DNA of 64,000 nucleotides from assembly GCA_964504365.1 (NCBI GenBank), contig CAZDDW010000001.1, forward strand, positions 68,293-132,292. The letters run 5' to 3'. The position numbers and the translations under genes were made by a program. The notes beneath the pieces are model-generated. The model saw only the letters and a list, made by a program, of their open reading frames with translations. It did not search any database and was not told the origin of the DNA. Positions 48,034 to 58,368 of this stretch are shown one piece after another. This DNA comes from an uncultured Gammaproteobacteria bacterium. Its GTDB lineage: Bacteria; Patescibacteriota; Patescibacteriia; UBA9934; CAZDDW01. Positions within the stretch are counted from its first letter, which is position 1. Every line of letters begins with the position of its first letter.

Positions 48034-50087
48034 TAACAACTTTACCTGGTATCGGTGAAGTGGTGGCCAGGGATTTGAAGAAGATGGGGGTCGAGACTAT
48101 TAACGACCTGCTTTTTTATTTCCCTTTTCGATATGATGATTTATCTAAGGTTTGTTTGATCTCGGAATTGGCTCCTGGAGAGGTTGCCACGATACAAGGT
48201 CGGGTGAGCACGATAAAGTCTCGTCGATCTCCTCGCAAGCGAATGATGCTGACTGAAGGCGTGGTTGAGGACGAGACTGGGCGGATTAAAGTGATCTGGT
48301 TTAACCAGCCTTATTTGGCTAAGTCTTTGAAACCAGGGACAGTGGTGTCATTATCTGGTCAGGTTGATGATAAGTATGGTTTGGCTATGGCTAATCCGAT
48401 ATATGAGATTGTTAGCGGTAGCGAGACTAAACACACTGGGCGGATTGTACCGATCTATTCTTTGACCGGATCGTTAACACAGAAGCGGATCAGGGCTGCG
48501 ATCCATTATGCACTTGAGGCTGTGAACCAGATCGAAGATTGGTTACCAGAGCAGGTAGTTGAAGAAGAACAATTTTCAGATATTGCCACAGCGATCATGC
48601 AGATCCATTATCCAGATGATTGGCCGCGTTGTGAACAGGCGATTGATCGGAATAAGTTTGATGAGTTGTTTTTGCACCAGTTGATGTTTGCTCGTTCACG
48701 GGCTGATGTGGTCAAACGTCCGGCGTATTCGATCGAGCGTGACAAAAAAGCTGAAACTGCATTTGCTAGTTCGTTCCCATTTGAACTGACTAAGGCACAG
48801 AAGCGATCGGTTGACGAGATCTTGTCTGGTATGTCCGAGGAGCATCCAATGAACCGTTTGTTAGAGGGAGATGTTGGGTCTGGAAAAAGTGCTGTTGCAG
48901 CCGCGGCGATCAAGGCTTGTCTGCGGTTAGGACATCAGGCTGCGTACCTGGCCCCGACTGAGATATTGGCTCGACAGCAATGGCAAGAGTTAGGTGTTTT
49001 GTTTCCTGATCAAGAGGTCGTCCTTCTGACTCGAAACGTAGCGGAACCCTTTAGGGTTCCAGCGTCGTCAGATGGAAGGCTAAAGCCTTCCGCTACGTTA
49101 CAAAAGAGCGAAGTAAAAAAAGCACTTCGTTCTGGCGAGATTCAGTTCGTGGTCGCAACCCACGCTTTACTTCAAGAAGGGTATGAATTCGACAAGCTTG
49201 GTTTGTTGGTGATTGATGAACAGCATCGTTTTGGTGTTCGGCAGCGGCAAGAGCTGATGAGTCGTGCTGGCAAGATTGCCCCACACTTGTTATCCATGTC
49301 AGCTACACCGATCCCGCGATCCTTGGCGTTAAGCATTTACGGCGATCTAGATATTTCGATCTTGGATGAATTGCCAGTTGGTCGTAAGCCGATTAAGACT
49401 CATTTGGTCAGCGATAAGAATATGAGTAGTGCAATTAATTTGATCGAACGTGAGATCGAGTCTAAACACCAGGTTTACGCGGTCTGTCCACTAATTGATC
49501 CGTCAGATAAACTTGGTGCTAAGTCAGTGACCGAGTTCTCGGACGAGCTGCGATCTGGTCCGTTAGGGAAATATCGAATCGAGATCCTGCACGGAAAGTT
49601 AAAGTCAGCAGATAAGTCTGAAGTGATTAAACGATTCGTTGCCGGTCAGATTGATATTCTTGTTTCGACTACTGTTGTTGAGGTTGGGGTTAATGTTCCG
49701 AACGCAACGGTTATGTTTATTGAAGGGGCAGAGCGGTTTGGTTTGGCTCAGTTGCACCAGTTGCGCGGTCGAGTTGGACGAGCTGATATTGAGTCGTATT
49801 GTGTTTTGCACCCGAATTCTGTGTCAGATATATCGCGAGAGCGACTGGTAGCCATGACTGAATCGAATGATGGTTTTGCTTTGGCTGAGAAAGATTTGGA
49901 ACTTCGCGGGTCAGGCAACTTATTCGGCACAGCTCAGTCTGGTTTTATTGACTTCAAACTAGCCACTCTAGCCGATGTTGATCTAATGAAAAAAGCCCGT
50001 GATTGGGCCGGGAAAATTAATGTTGAAGATTATCCGGATCTAGAAGATAAGGTAGAACAGCAGTACGAGCAAGTACATTTTGAGTAA
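48012..50087 (+). CDS. recG: ATP-dependent DNA helicase RecG
   Basis: RLLEGDVGSGKS, IDEQHRFGV.QR, SATPIPRSL, QLHQLRGRVGR. Confidence 0.96.
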   Translation: MVQLSDLVTTLPGIGEVVARDLKKMGVETINDLLFYFPFRYDDLSKVCLISELAPGEVATIQGRVSTIKSRRSPRKRMMLTEGVVEDETGRIKVIWFNQPYLAKSLKPGTVVSLSGQVDDKYGLAMANPIYEIVSGSETKHTGRIVPIYSLTGSLTQKRIRAAIHYALEAVNQIEDWLPEQVVEEEQFSDIATAIMQIHYPDDWPRCEQAIDRNKFDELFLHQLMFARSRADVVKRPAYSIERDKKAETAFASSFPFELTKAQKRSVDEILSGMSEEHPMNRLLEGDVGSGKSAVAAAAIKACLRLGHQAAYLAPTEILARQQWQELGVLFPDQEVVLLTRNVAEPFRVPASSDGRLKPSATLQKSEVKKALRSGEIQFVVATHALLQEGYEFDKLGLLVIDEQHRFGVRQRQELMSRAGKIAPHLLSMSATPIPRSLALSIYGDLDISILDELPVGRKPIKTHLVSDKNMSSAINLIEREIESKHQVYAVCPLIDPSDKLGAKSVTEFSDELRSGPLGKYRIEILHGKLKSADKSEVIKRFVAGQIDILVSTTVVEVGVNVPNATVMFIEGAERFGLAQLHQLRGRVGRADIESYCVLHPNSVSDISRERLVAMTESNDGFALAEKDLELRGSGNLFGTAQSGFIDFKLATLADVDLMKKARDWAGKINVEDYPDLEDKVEQQYEQVHFE
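49035..49099. repeat. REP-like doublet inserted in frame in recG
   Basis: AACGTAGCGGAACCC-TTTA-GGGTTCC...GGAAGGC-TAAA-GCCTTCCGCTACGTT. Confidence 0.85.
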
Positions 50088-50141
50088 GTTTGCTATAATA
50101 GAAAAGAACATTATTTAACATAAACATAAATCATTATATTT

Positions 50142-51320
50142 ATGCGTGCACTTGCTTCTTTTGTTGCCGCTTCCATGCTGTTTGGTTTAGTCGGATTTGT
50201 TTCGATTCCTCAAGCCAAGGCTGCTGAAGCCGGTGATTTAATCTCATGTCCTGATTTTAGTTCGATCTACTATCTGGCTGATGATAATACCCGCTGGGTG
50301 TTCCCTAATGAAAAAACTTATTTCACTTGGTACGAAGATTTTGACGATGTGGTCGAGATCACTTGTGAAGAATTAGCTTCGTACAGCATTGGTCAGATTG
50401 TGACCTATCGTCCAGGGACCAGGTTGGTAAAAATCCAATCAATTAATAAAGTATATGCTGTTGAGCCTGGAGGTGTTTTGCGTTGGATTGGAAGCGAAAC
50501 ACAGATCGATGATCTTTATGGTTTTGATTGGGCCATGAGAATTGATGATGTGCCTGATGGTTTCTGGTCTAGTTATACTGAGGGAAATGCGTTGGCTCTT
50601 GATGAATATCCAGCAGGTTCAGTATTGCAGAGGAGTACCTCGCTTTTTTATTTAGTCAGAGCTGATGATAGTATATTTTGGCTCAATCCCAATTATGTTA
50701 GCACCCTATTAGACAGCCATGCTGTTTGGACAACAGATGAGTATTTAGAGTTAGCTGAGGCGGATACTAAAAACTCTACATTAAAAAGTGAATTTGATGC
50801 CCTGCATAAGATAGATGCCGAGGTGGTCATCGAGGAGCTGACAGCAGGTGAGGAGGTGCGATTATCTGAAGGAAATCTTGATTGTGGCACTAATTATTTT
50901 TGCCTAGTTGCCGCTGCATCTGGTTGTTATAACAAGTCGCTTGTCTATAATTATATGGTTGATAGTGCTCCGTACACTTATTACGACACGATGTATATGT
51001 TTTTTGAGCCAGGTGGAGATGAGTGTGTATTTCATATAGAACACATAGAGACAACTGCTGAGATGATGGATGAATATTATGACTCGTCGCTTGCTGCTCT
51101 TGGTGGAGATGTGAGTCTATTGGAACAAGGTGTGGAAAGTGCCGCTCAGGGCCGTTCGAATAGTTTGGATGATATCTCTCTTGAATATACTTTTGATGAA
51201 GAAAATGATGGTAATGTCCAGGCCGCTTTGACTGTCTGGTACAACGAAGGTGAAGTGGACTTATCACAGTTCCAGTATATATCAGATTATACGATTGTTG
51301 ATTCTAAATACGATTATTAA
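50142..51320 (+). CDS. Secreted protein with CPR-type surface repeat domains
   Basis: Signal ending AKA, GDLI....SSIYYL....RWVFPNEKTYFTWY.DF. Confidence 0.75.
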   Translation: MRALASFVAASMLFGLVGFVSIPQAKAAEAGDLISCPDFSSIYYLADDNTRWVFPNEKTYFTWYEDFDDVVEITCEELASYSIGQIVTYRPGTRLVKIQSINKVYAVEPGGVLRWIGSETQIDDLYGFDWAMRIDDVPDGFWSSYTEGNALALDEYPAGSVLQRSTSLFYLVRADDSIFWLNPNYVSTLLDSHAVWTTDEYLELAEADTKNSTLKSEFDALHKIDAEVVIEELTAGEEVRLSEGNLDCGTNYFCLVAAASGCYNKSLVYNYMVDSAPYTYYDTMYMFFEPGGDECVFHIEHIETTAEMMDEYYDSSLAALGGDVSLLEQGVESAAQGRSNSLDDISLEYTFDEENDGNVQAALTVWYNEGEVDLSQFQYISDYTIVDSKYDY

Positions 51321-51325
51321 AAATT

Positions 51326-52459
51326 ATGTCAGATATATACAAGAAAACAACAACAACTTCTTACGGTGGCCGTCTAAAAAATTCGCTTGTTGCTGTGTTA
51401 ATTGGTATCGCACTTTTTGTAGGTTCGTTCTTTGTTCTTTTTTGGAACGAGGGTCGAGTTGATTTATCAAAAATTGCCAAGACCGCTGTACCAATTGAAT
51501 CATCAGTAGTTAGTGATAATCCTGAGTTGCAAAAAGAACTTGTTGTTACCCAGGGCTTAGTGACTAGTCCAGAACAACTGGGTGATAGTATGTTTTTTAA
51601 GAAAGGAGATTATTTGGTTGTTGAACGAGTGAGTGAGATGTATTCCTGGGTGGAAAAGGAGACTTCAACTAAGAAAAAGAACATGGGTGGATCAGAAACA
51701 AAAGAGACCACTTATGAATATACAAAGGAATGGATTGAAGATGTTCCAGATTCAGAGAGGTTCTATCAATCACAGTCTTACTATAATCCAGTTAAGGAAA
51801 TTGATAGCCAAACAATGACTGTGTCTAAAGCTGGCCTGGGTCAGTATCAACTGGTCCCGTCTCAAGTTGATTTTCCAGAAACAAATCAAATTAGTGTGTC
51901 CGCAATGAATATTGATTTACCATCGGACATGACTTTTATTGGCGATGACTACTTGTACAGAGGCAGTGACTATAACAATCTGGAAGTGGGGGATTTACGA
52001 GTGTCCTACCAAGTGGTCATGGCTGATCAGGAAATGACCGTGTTTGGTGCACTTAACGGACAGAATATTTCAGTTTATACAAATGACAACGGTGATAGTT
52101 TGTATCGCTTGTTCTATCAAGACGCTGAGGGCGCGGTGGCTTTAATGCATCAAGAGTATGCTCGATCAGTTTGGCTGCTTCGATTAATTGGCTTCCTGAT
52201 GATGTGGGTGGGCATGTTAGCTATGTTGCGTCCAATTACGGTTTTCTTGGATGTGGTACCGATCATGGGATCAATTAGTGCTTTTAGTTTCTTGATCCTG
52301 ACTTTGCCAGTAGCTCTAGTCTTGTCCTTGTTGACCATAGTTCTATCAATTTTGTTTCATAACATTGTGGTGGTCATGATTGCCGGTATTGTGGCACTGG
52401 TCATTGCTTTCTGGTTCATGACCAAACGAAACAAAAAAGCAGCCCCAAGTGCTGTATAA
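51326..52459 (+). CDS. TMEM43/LUMA (DUF1625) family protein
   Basis: LFWNEGR, R.SEMYSWVE, Y.Y.KEW, GDLRVSY, WLLRLIG. Confidence 0.82.
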   Translation: MSDIYKKTTTTSYGGRLKNSLVAVLIGIALFVGSFFVLFWNEGRVDLSKIAKTAVPIESSVVSDNPELQKELVVTQGLVTSPEQLGDSMFFKKGDYLVVERVSEMYSWVEKETSTKKKNMGGSETKETTYEYTKEWIEDVPDSERFYQSQSYYNPVKEIDSQTMTVSKAGLGQYQLVPSQVDFPETNQISVSAMNIDLPSDMTFIGDDYLYRGSDYNNLEVGDLRVSYQVVMADQEMTVFGALNGQNISVYTNDNGDSLYRLFYQDAEGAVALMHQEYARSVWLLRLIGFLMMWVGMLAMLRPITVFLDVVPIMGSISAFSFLILTLPVALVLSLLTIVLSILFHNIVVVMIAGIVALVIAFWFMTKRNKKAAPSAV

Positions 52460-52472
52460 TTGATGTTCCAGA

Positions 52473-53783
52473 TTATAATTCGGAAACCGATTTGATTCCT
52501 CGTAGAGTCAGATCGGTTTTTGTTTTGCTGGCTCTTGCTGGAACCCAGGCTGTGCTCATACCCAAGCGGGCGATCTCGTTTAGCCGACGCTCGATGAACG
52601 ATATTGATCGAACTTCACCACCAAGTCCAACTTCACCAAATACAACCACTCCTTCTTCGATCGGCTCGTTTTTTACAGCTGAGACTATAGCTGCAGCAAC
52701 AGCAAGATCAGCCGCTGGTTCATTCAGAGACAGGCCGCCGATCACGTTTACAAAAATGTCAGATTCGCCTAGTTTCAAACCAGCACGTTTAGACAAGATC
52801 GCAGCTAGCATTTGTAAGCGATTAGCGTCAAATCCACTAGCCCGTCGGACAGGTGTGCCATAAAAGGATTTATCAACCAGTGCTTGAACCTCGACTAAGA
52901 ATACACGCGAGCCTTCGACGGTTGCTGTGATCGCAGATCCAGGTGATTGGGTTCGTTCAGCCAAGAAGCGTGATGATGGATTTTCAATTGCGACCAAACC
53001 GTTCTCTTTCATCTCAAACACACCAACCTCGTCAGCAGACCCAAAACGATTTTTTGAAGCACGAAGTAGCCGTGTTGCATGTACCGGATCTCCTTCGAGA
53101 TTCAAAACAACGTCGACCAAGTGTTCTAATGTTTTTGGTCCAGCAACAGATCCATCCTTAGTTACTTGTCCTACCAAGATGATTGGCAGATCAGTTCGTT
53201 TAGCAAGTTCAACCAGCATGGCTGTTGCAGCTCGGACTAAGTTGGGAGAACCAGCAGCGCTTTCTATTTGCATTGAACTTAATGTTTGAACGGAATCCAC
53301 AATCAGTAGTGCTGGCTTAGCTTTCTCAACTGTGGCTATGATTGTGCCAATGTCGGTCGCTCCTAGATAGCTAACATTTTTTCCAGCGATGTCGAGTCGT
53401 TTAAATCGACCAGACAACTGACCAGCAGACTCTTCGCCAGATGCATAAATAATTTTTTCAGAACCGATTGATCCAGCGACCTGGGCAACAAGAGTTGATT
53501 TTCCAATCCCAGGTTCGCCAGCAATCAAAACAACTGATCCAGGGACAATCCCTCCACCAAGCACTCGGTCGACTTCAGAAATACCGGTGCCAGAACGCAC
53601 GGCCTCAAAAGATCCAGAACCGAGATTTTCAAGTTCGGTTGGTGCAGAGCGAGCAACCATTTTTTTGCCAGCAGAAACAGGAGGCCCTTCGACCTCCTCC
53701 TTGACCGTGCCCCAGGCACCACACTCAGTACAACGCCCGGTCCACTTAGTATATTGTGAATCACATTTAGAACAATGGAACAT
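52473..53783 (-). CDS. radA: DNA repair protein RadA/Sms
   Basis: C4 Zn finger, GEPGIGKST, KNRFG, GEVGLGGEVR. Confidence 0.95.
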   Translation of the reverse strand: MFHCSKCDSQYTKWTGRCTECGAWGTVKEEVEGPPVSAGKKMVARSAPTELENLGSGSFEAVRSGTGISEVDRVLGGGIVPGSVVLIAGEPGIGKSTLVAQVAGSIGSEKIIYASGEESAGQLSGRFKRLDIAGKNVSYLGATDIGTIIATVEKAKPALLIVDSVQTLSSMQIESAAGSPNLVRAATAMLVELAKRTDLPIILVGQVTKDGSVAGPKTLEHLVDVVLNLEGDPVHATRLLRASKNRFGSADEVGVFEMKENGLVAIENPSSRFLAERTQSPGSAITATVEGSRVFLVEVQALVDKSFYGTPVRRASGFDANRLQMLAAILSKRAGLKLGESDIFVNVIGGLSLNEPAADLAVAAAIVSAVKNEPIEEGVVVFGEVGLGGEVRSISFIERRLNEIARLGMSTAWVPARASKTKTDLTLRGIKSVSEL

Positions 53784-53788
53784 AGTAA

Positions 53789-55207
53789 TTAACAACTAGA
53801 GGAATATGTTTTAATTGTGTTTGTGGTACAACCCCCTTCATACAGTTGAAAGTGCCAAATTTCTTTTGTATAGCGGTACCATCCTGCAGCATACATGATT
53901 TCAGCTAAGGTGCCAATTTTACTTGAATCAACCGTAGATTGGGATTTGTAGTTGACGTTCCAAGCCTCCTTGCCATCAGACGTCTTATATTTTAGATCAA
54001 CTGCACCACCAGTTCCATGCGGTGAGCTACCTGGCCAAGCCACGGCGCTAGGAATATTAGGAGTACGTCCTTCAGATTTAGCTTCCTTGATTTCATCACA
54101 AGCCAACTCAAGCTGTGTATGTAATGGACGCAGAGCACTTACAATAAACAACGTAAGATTACGCGACTGTGCTTGATCTCCAGCCCGCTTTAAAGCCTCG
54201 ACTGCTCCGGGTCCGATTCTCAAATAAGAATATTTACCTTCGATTGCTGGGTGAGAAGGGAGAGGAACCGCGTCTTCTGGAGCGAGGACACCTAATGTGG
54301 TTGGATCGACTTCATCGTATAGGGCGTCACGATCAGAACCATCGCCGGTTTTTTTACACCAGGCCTCACAATCGGCATGTGTTCCACAAAGCTTACCAAG
54401 AGCTGGGTCAAAAGATGCATCGTATCTATCCTCTGGAACATATGATCGTGTTACATACTTGAGTTGCAGCGGTTCAAACAAAGTCAGATTAGGATTAACA
54501 GTAAACAGAATTATATAACTTCCGATAAGTAATATCATCCCAGTGATTGCACCTCGGATTCGTGTTAGCCCTTTGTCTGGCTGTCCGATCATGTACTGGA
54601 CGCCACCAACCATGACCATTACTGTGGCAACAATTATCGCTGTGCTAAGCATCCATTTATAAAGAGCAATAACATATTCAGCCAAAAAGTTAACTTCCAA
54701 AATATCACCACGTTGTGCTATTGGCGAAAAACTAAGATTAGGAATATCAACGCTTAGATTGGGGATGATTGGATCGCTAGGCTCTTCAGCACCGAATGCG
54801 GCGTGCGTATCTTCGCAAGCATATAAAGAGGTTGCATACTCTGAGTCAGTTGGTTCAAAATATTCATACCGTTCTGAGCATTCGAGTTCGCATTCTGTCT
54901 CATCGTAGATGCCCAAGACTTGACAGTCCTCACCTTCATAACAAAAACAATTTCCACCAGCTGCTCGTCCGGCTTCTGTTAGACAGTCATTTACATAGTC
55001 GGTGTAATTTGGATCACTGGCTTCAACGACTGAACCGTTACCGTTGGTGTAGTCGGCAAGACAAGTATCTTGGCAATCAACCTCATCAACAATACCCAAC
55101 TCGACACACCCGTTATCATCGTTGTAACAAACACAGGTATCCCCAGCTGCCAATAGGGCGGTTGGCCAGAGTAAGATTGTTAGTGCAAGAATAAGAAAGT
55201 ACCGCAT
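53789..55207 (-). CDS. VirB2-like pilin domain fused to M15B/VanY-type peptidase
   Basis: Signal, Cys-rich N-terminus, pilin TMs (GGVQYM...RIRGAITG...VNP.L), SPHGTGGAVD, EIWHF. Confidence 0.78.
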   Translation of the reverse strand: MRYFLILALTILLWPTALLAAGDTCVCYNDDNGCVELGIVDEVDCQDTCLADYTNGNGSVVEASDPNYTDYVNDCLTEAGRAAGGNCFCYEGEDCQVLGIYDETECELECSERYEYFEPTDSEYATSLYACEDTHAAFGAEEPSDPIIPNLSVDIPNLSFSPIAQRGDILEVNFLAEYVIALYKWMLSTAIIVATVMVMVGGVQYMIGQPDKGLTRIRGAITGMILLIGSYIILFTVNPNLTLFEPLQLKYVTRSYVPEDRYDASFDPALGKLCGTHADCEAWCKKTGDGSDRDALYDEVDPTTLGVLAPEDAVPLPSHPAIEGKYSYLRIGPGAVEALKRAGDQAQSRNLTLFIVSALRPLHTQLELACDEIKEAKSEGRTPNIPSAVAWPGSSPHGTGGAVDLKYKTSDGKEAWNVNYKSQSTVDSSKIGTLAEIMYAAGWYRYTKEIWHFQLYEGGCTTNTIKTYSSSC

Positions 55208-55209
55208 AA

Positions 55210-56484
55210 TTATATATAACAAGCGCCACGATAATGGAAATGCATGTAGTCGTAGACCCCTTTCCAACGACCACCCCAATCAAAGTTATTTATTTGGAAA
55301 GCCTCTATAACCTCAGGAGGTAAATCATGCTGCCCGTTACTGATTCTTTCAAGTTCACTTTCACCGTGTAGGCCATTCTGACAAATAGTTACACAGTTTT
55401 CATGGCTACCACCACCGATACAGTACTGACAGCTCCCGCCTTCACGGCAGCTTCGTGGGCAGTTGATGTTTGTGTCTGGATTAACATCAATGGCTACCCC
55501 AAAAGCATGTGGACTGAGCTTGCCAGGTGAGTTTTTATTACAGCGCCAGTTATATGTTCCGCCAGCAGTTGAGCGAGTCGTATCGTAAGTAGTTGTTGTT
55601 GAAATTTGAGTAAAAGCTTTTTCAAAGGACTCAAGGGCCAGTTTATGGACTTTATAGCTTTGGCCGTTATGAGTTATGGTAACCAGATTGCGTTCGACCT
55701 CAGACTTGCTATTGCCATACGTGCTAAGCATGCAATCCTGCCATTTACTAACCCCCCATAAATCAGCCGCACATTCTCCTCCTTCTCCATAAGCCATACC
55801 AGCAATGTCTTCTGGAATTCCACCAATGTATTTAATCCGCAGTGGTTCAAATAAAGTTAGTTGAGGATTTACGGTATATAAAATAACATAGCTACCAAAG
55901 AGCAAAATTAAACCAGTTACCGCACTTCTAATTCTGGCCTTTCCTTTTTCAGGATCTTCGACCATGTATTGCACACCCCCGACCATGATCATTACAGTGG
56001 CAACAATTATTGCTGTGCTAAGCAACCATTTGTACAGTGCAACAACGTATTCACCTAACCAGTTTACTGTTAGGTAATCACCATCTTCTAAGAGTGGTGT
56101 GAAAGTTAGGTTTGGAATTTCAACCGCCAGATAAGGAACAACCGGTTTCCGTTTTTCAATCACAGGAGGACCAACTAATGCAGCTGCATGAGGACCAACT
56201 AATGCAGCTGCATCAAGACAATCATCTAAGGCATCTGTGTAATCTGCATCTGTTGTTTCAGAAAAGACAGCTCGAACAACACCCAGATCTTCTTCCATGT
56301 AGTCCTCATAAATTTGGTCACAATCAATTCGACATTGTTCAAGTGTGGTTGGATCATAAATGCCTGGACGATCACAACCGTCAATCGTGTTATAACAAAA
56401 ACATCGGTCGCCCTCTTCTGCTGCCAAAAGAGTTAGCGGCCATGAAAACAGTATTAATAGCGATATGGCTGCTATTTTTTTCAT
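55210..56484 (-). CDS. VirB2-like pilin domain fused to M15C-type peptidase
   Basis: Same pilin segment; SPHAFGVAIDVN, WGGRW...DYMHF. Confidence 0.78.
   Translation of the reverse strand: MKKIAAISLLILFSWPLTLLAAEEGDRCFCYNTIDGCDRPGIYDPTTLEQCRIDCDQIYEDYMEEDLGVVRAVFSETTDADYTDALDDCLDAAALVGPHAAALVGPPVIEKRKPVVPYLAVEIPNLTFTPLLEDGDYLTVNWLGEYVVALYKWLLSTAIIVATVMIMVGGVQYMVEDPEKGKARIRSAVTGLILLFGSYVILYTVNPQLTLFEPLRIKYIGGIPEDIAGMAYGEGGECAADLWGVSKWQDCMLSTYGNSKSEVERNLVTITHNGQSYKVHKLALESFEKAFTQISTTTTYDTTRSTAGGTYNWRCNKNSPGKLSPHAFGVAIDVNPDTNINCPRSCREGGSCQYCIGGGSHENCVTICQNGLHGESELERISNGQHDLPPEVIEAFQINNFDWGGRWKGVYDYMHFHYRGACYI
56167..56213. repeat. 24-bp in-frame tandem duplication
   Basis: AGGACCAACTAATGCAGCTGCAT(G) x2, encoding AAALVGP repeats. 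Confidence 0.9.
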
Positions 56485-56488
56485 GCGT

Positions 56489-57145
56489 TTATTCTTGTTC
56501 TAGAAGCTTTTCACGTACAGCCTTTTCCAAGGTGTCGTAAGAGACGGCTCCAACGTAACGGTCTTCGCCAATAAATAAAGTAGGTAAGGCAGTTAAGGAC
56601 AGCGCATTTGCTTCTTCAAGGTTTTTTTCAATCTGCGGTAGAGTTTCTTGTTCTTCCCAACATTCAACAAAAGATTCAATATCTAATTCTATATTTGTTG
56701 CAATTGCTAAAATTGTTTGCTCGTTTAAGAGGGCCTGATTAGCTAAAACTGAATCATGAAATTCCCAAAAACGCCCTTGTTCATGAGCACATAGTCCAGC
56801 AACAGCCGAAGTAACAGCCATAATATCTGCCCCTTCGTTTGGGGTTAGTTTGACAACATGTTGAACATCATTAGGTAGCTCATTCTGTAGACGAACAATG
56901 TTGGTGGCCATGTCTGCACAAGCTGTGCAAGTTAAATCACTTAGCTCAACCAAAACAATGCTTGGTTCATCAGTTCCGCGGACCGGATCAATAAAAGTCA
57001 CAGTTGGTTCAGTAATTGTTACAACTGTTTCCGTCGTTTCTGTTTGTGTTCGAGTTGGTGGCTTGCTAGAGATATAAAAAACGATTAGCACCACAGCTGC
57101 CATGAATAGCACGCCAAGCCAAGAAAGAGTTCGGTGATGTTGCAT
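56489..57145 (-). CDS. DsbA-family thioredoxin-fold oxidoreductase
   Basis: SDLTCTAC (CxxC), AHEQGRFWEFHD, LPTLFIG. Confidence 0.85.
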   Translation of the reverse strand: MQHHRTLSWLGVLFMAAVVLIVFYISSKPPTRTQTETTETVVTITEPTVTFIDPVRGTDEPSIVLVELSDLTCTACADMATNIVRLQNELPNDVQHVVKLTPNEGADIMAVTSAVAGLCAHEQGRFWEFHDSVLANQALLNEQTILAIATNIELDIESFVECWEEQETLPQIEKNLEEANALSLTALPTLFIGEDRYVGAVSYDTLEKAVREKLLEQE

Positions 57146-57147
57146 AG

Positions 57148-58359
57148 TTATTGGAGTTTTATCATTTGCAAAATACCAGAGTCAGCATCAGTAAAAAACA
57201 AAGTAGATCCGTCGTCAGAAAGAGTTAAGCTTTCCATGGACACATCGTCATCTGGGATGGCTAGTAAACTAGAAACACCAGAACTTAAGTCCACCTCGTA
57301 AACATAGTCGAAGGTGTCATCAGCCAAAGCTCGTTGTATTCCTGAGTTACTAGGCAGGTTCTGTGGTACTGCACAGAGAATAGAACTAGCACTAGAAAAA
57401 GTGCATTTATCAACCCAAGTTTCTATGCCGAGATTGCGTCGATTGTCGCCCATGTCATCTCCTGATCCATCGACCAACCAAAGTGTTGGTTTATAATCAT
57501 TGGTCTGCCCAGACACAGAGTAGAGGATTTGGTCTCCGCGAGGTGACCATTGAGCCTCAAAACCAAATCCTTCAACAACCAAACCTTTAAAGTTTTCCTC
57601 ACTTTTCCCAATCGGTAAAATCATCTTGCGACCAAAACCAGTTTGGGCTGGGCCGGTGTCAGAAAAAGCAATCACCTGATCGTTTGGCGACCAATTCACT
57701 TGCACCTGGTCTTCATTGTTACCCAAAGCAGCCATTCCTTGTGTTCTGGTACCGTCATCGCTAGTAATCACTAGCCAGCGATTGTTTGGATCAACACCTA
57801 AACTTTTTGTCACAATCTCACTGCCGCTTGGCGAAAAGTCAAAATCCTCCCAGTGACTTGGTAATGTCACCTGTACCTCTGTTTCAAAATTATAAACAAC
57901 GTTTGAGCCATCTGGAAATTCGATTACAGCCTTGTCTCCTTGATTGGCCCAGGCAACACTATCTACATCTGGAAATTTTTGATCTGACAATTGGGTCGCT
58001 GTACCGTCCTCATTGATTCTATAAAAATGATCGTCACTTGGGTCATAGTAGTTCATGCTTGATCCATCAGGGTTGATGCTAGTAGAACCGACACGGCCAG
58101 TAGTAAGGGAGGTGACAGCAGTTAAACCACCTCGGGCTATTTCTGATGCAACAAGTTCGTCAGCTTCTTCGGGAATAATTGTTGTTGGCAGGCCTTCTTC
58201 AGCTGTGGGGAGTCCGGTAACGACTCCATCCTCAATGATAACTTCTTCCTCGACCAATGCGGCTGGTCTAAAGAAAACCAAATATAGGGCAACTGCAATA
58301 CCAACAGTAACAACGATAAAGGCAGTGACTAGCAGTATTTTTTTAACTCGTTCTGACAT
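57148..58359 (-). CDS. Membrane-anchored beta-propeller (TolB-like) protein
   Basis: N-terminal TM, repeated WSP/FSP motifs. Confidence 0.7.
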   Translation of the reverse strand: MSERVKKILLVTAFIVVTVGIAVALYLVFFRPAALVEEEVIIEDGVVTGLPTAEEGLPTTIIPEEADELVASEIARGGLTAVTSLTTGRVGSTSINPDGSSMNYYDPSDDHFYRINEDGTATQLSDQKFPDVDSVAWANQGDKAVIEFPDGSNVVYNFETEVQVTLPSHWEDFDFSPSGSEIVTKSLGVDPNNRWLVITSDDGTRTQGMAALGNNEDQVQVNWSPNDQVIAFSDTGPAQTGFGRKMILPIGKSEENFKGLVVEGFGFEAQWSPRGDQILYSVSGQTNDYKPTLWLVDGSGDDMGDNRRNLGIETWVDKCTFSSASSILCAVPQNLPSNSGIQRALADDTFDYVYEVDLSSGVSSLLAIPDDDVSMESLTLSDDGSTLFFTDADSGILQMIKLQ

Positions 58360-58368
58360 ATTTTTATT

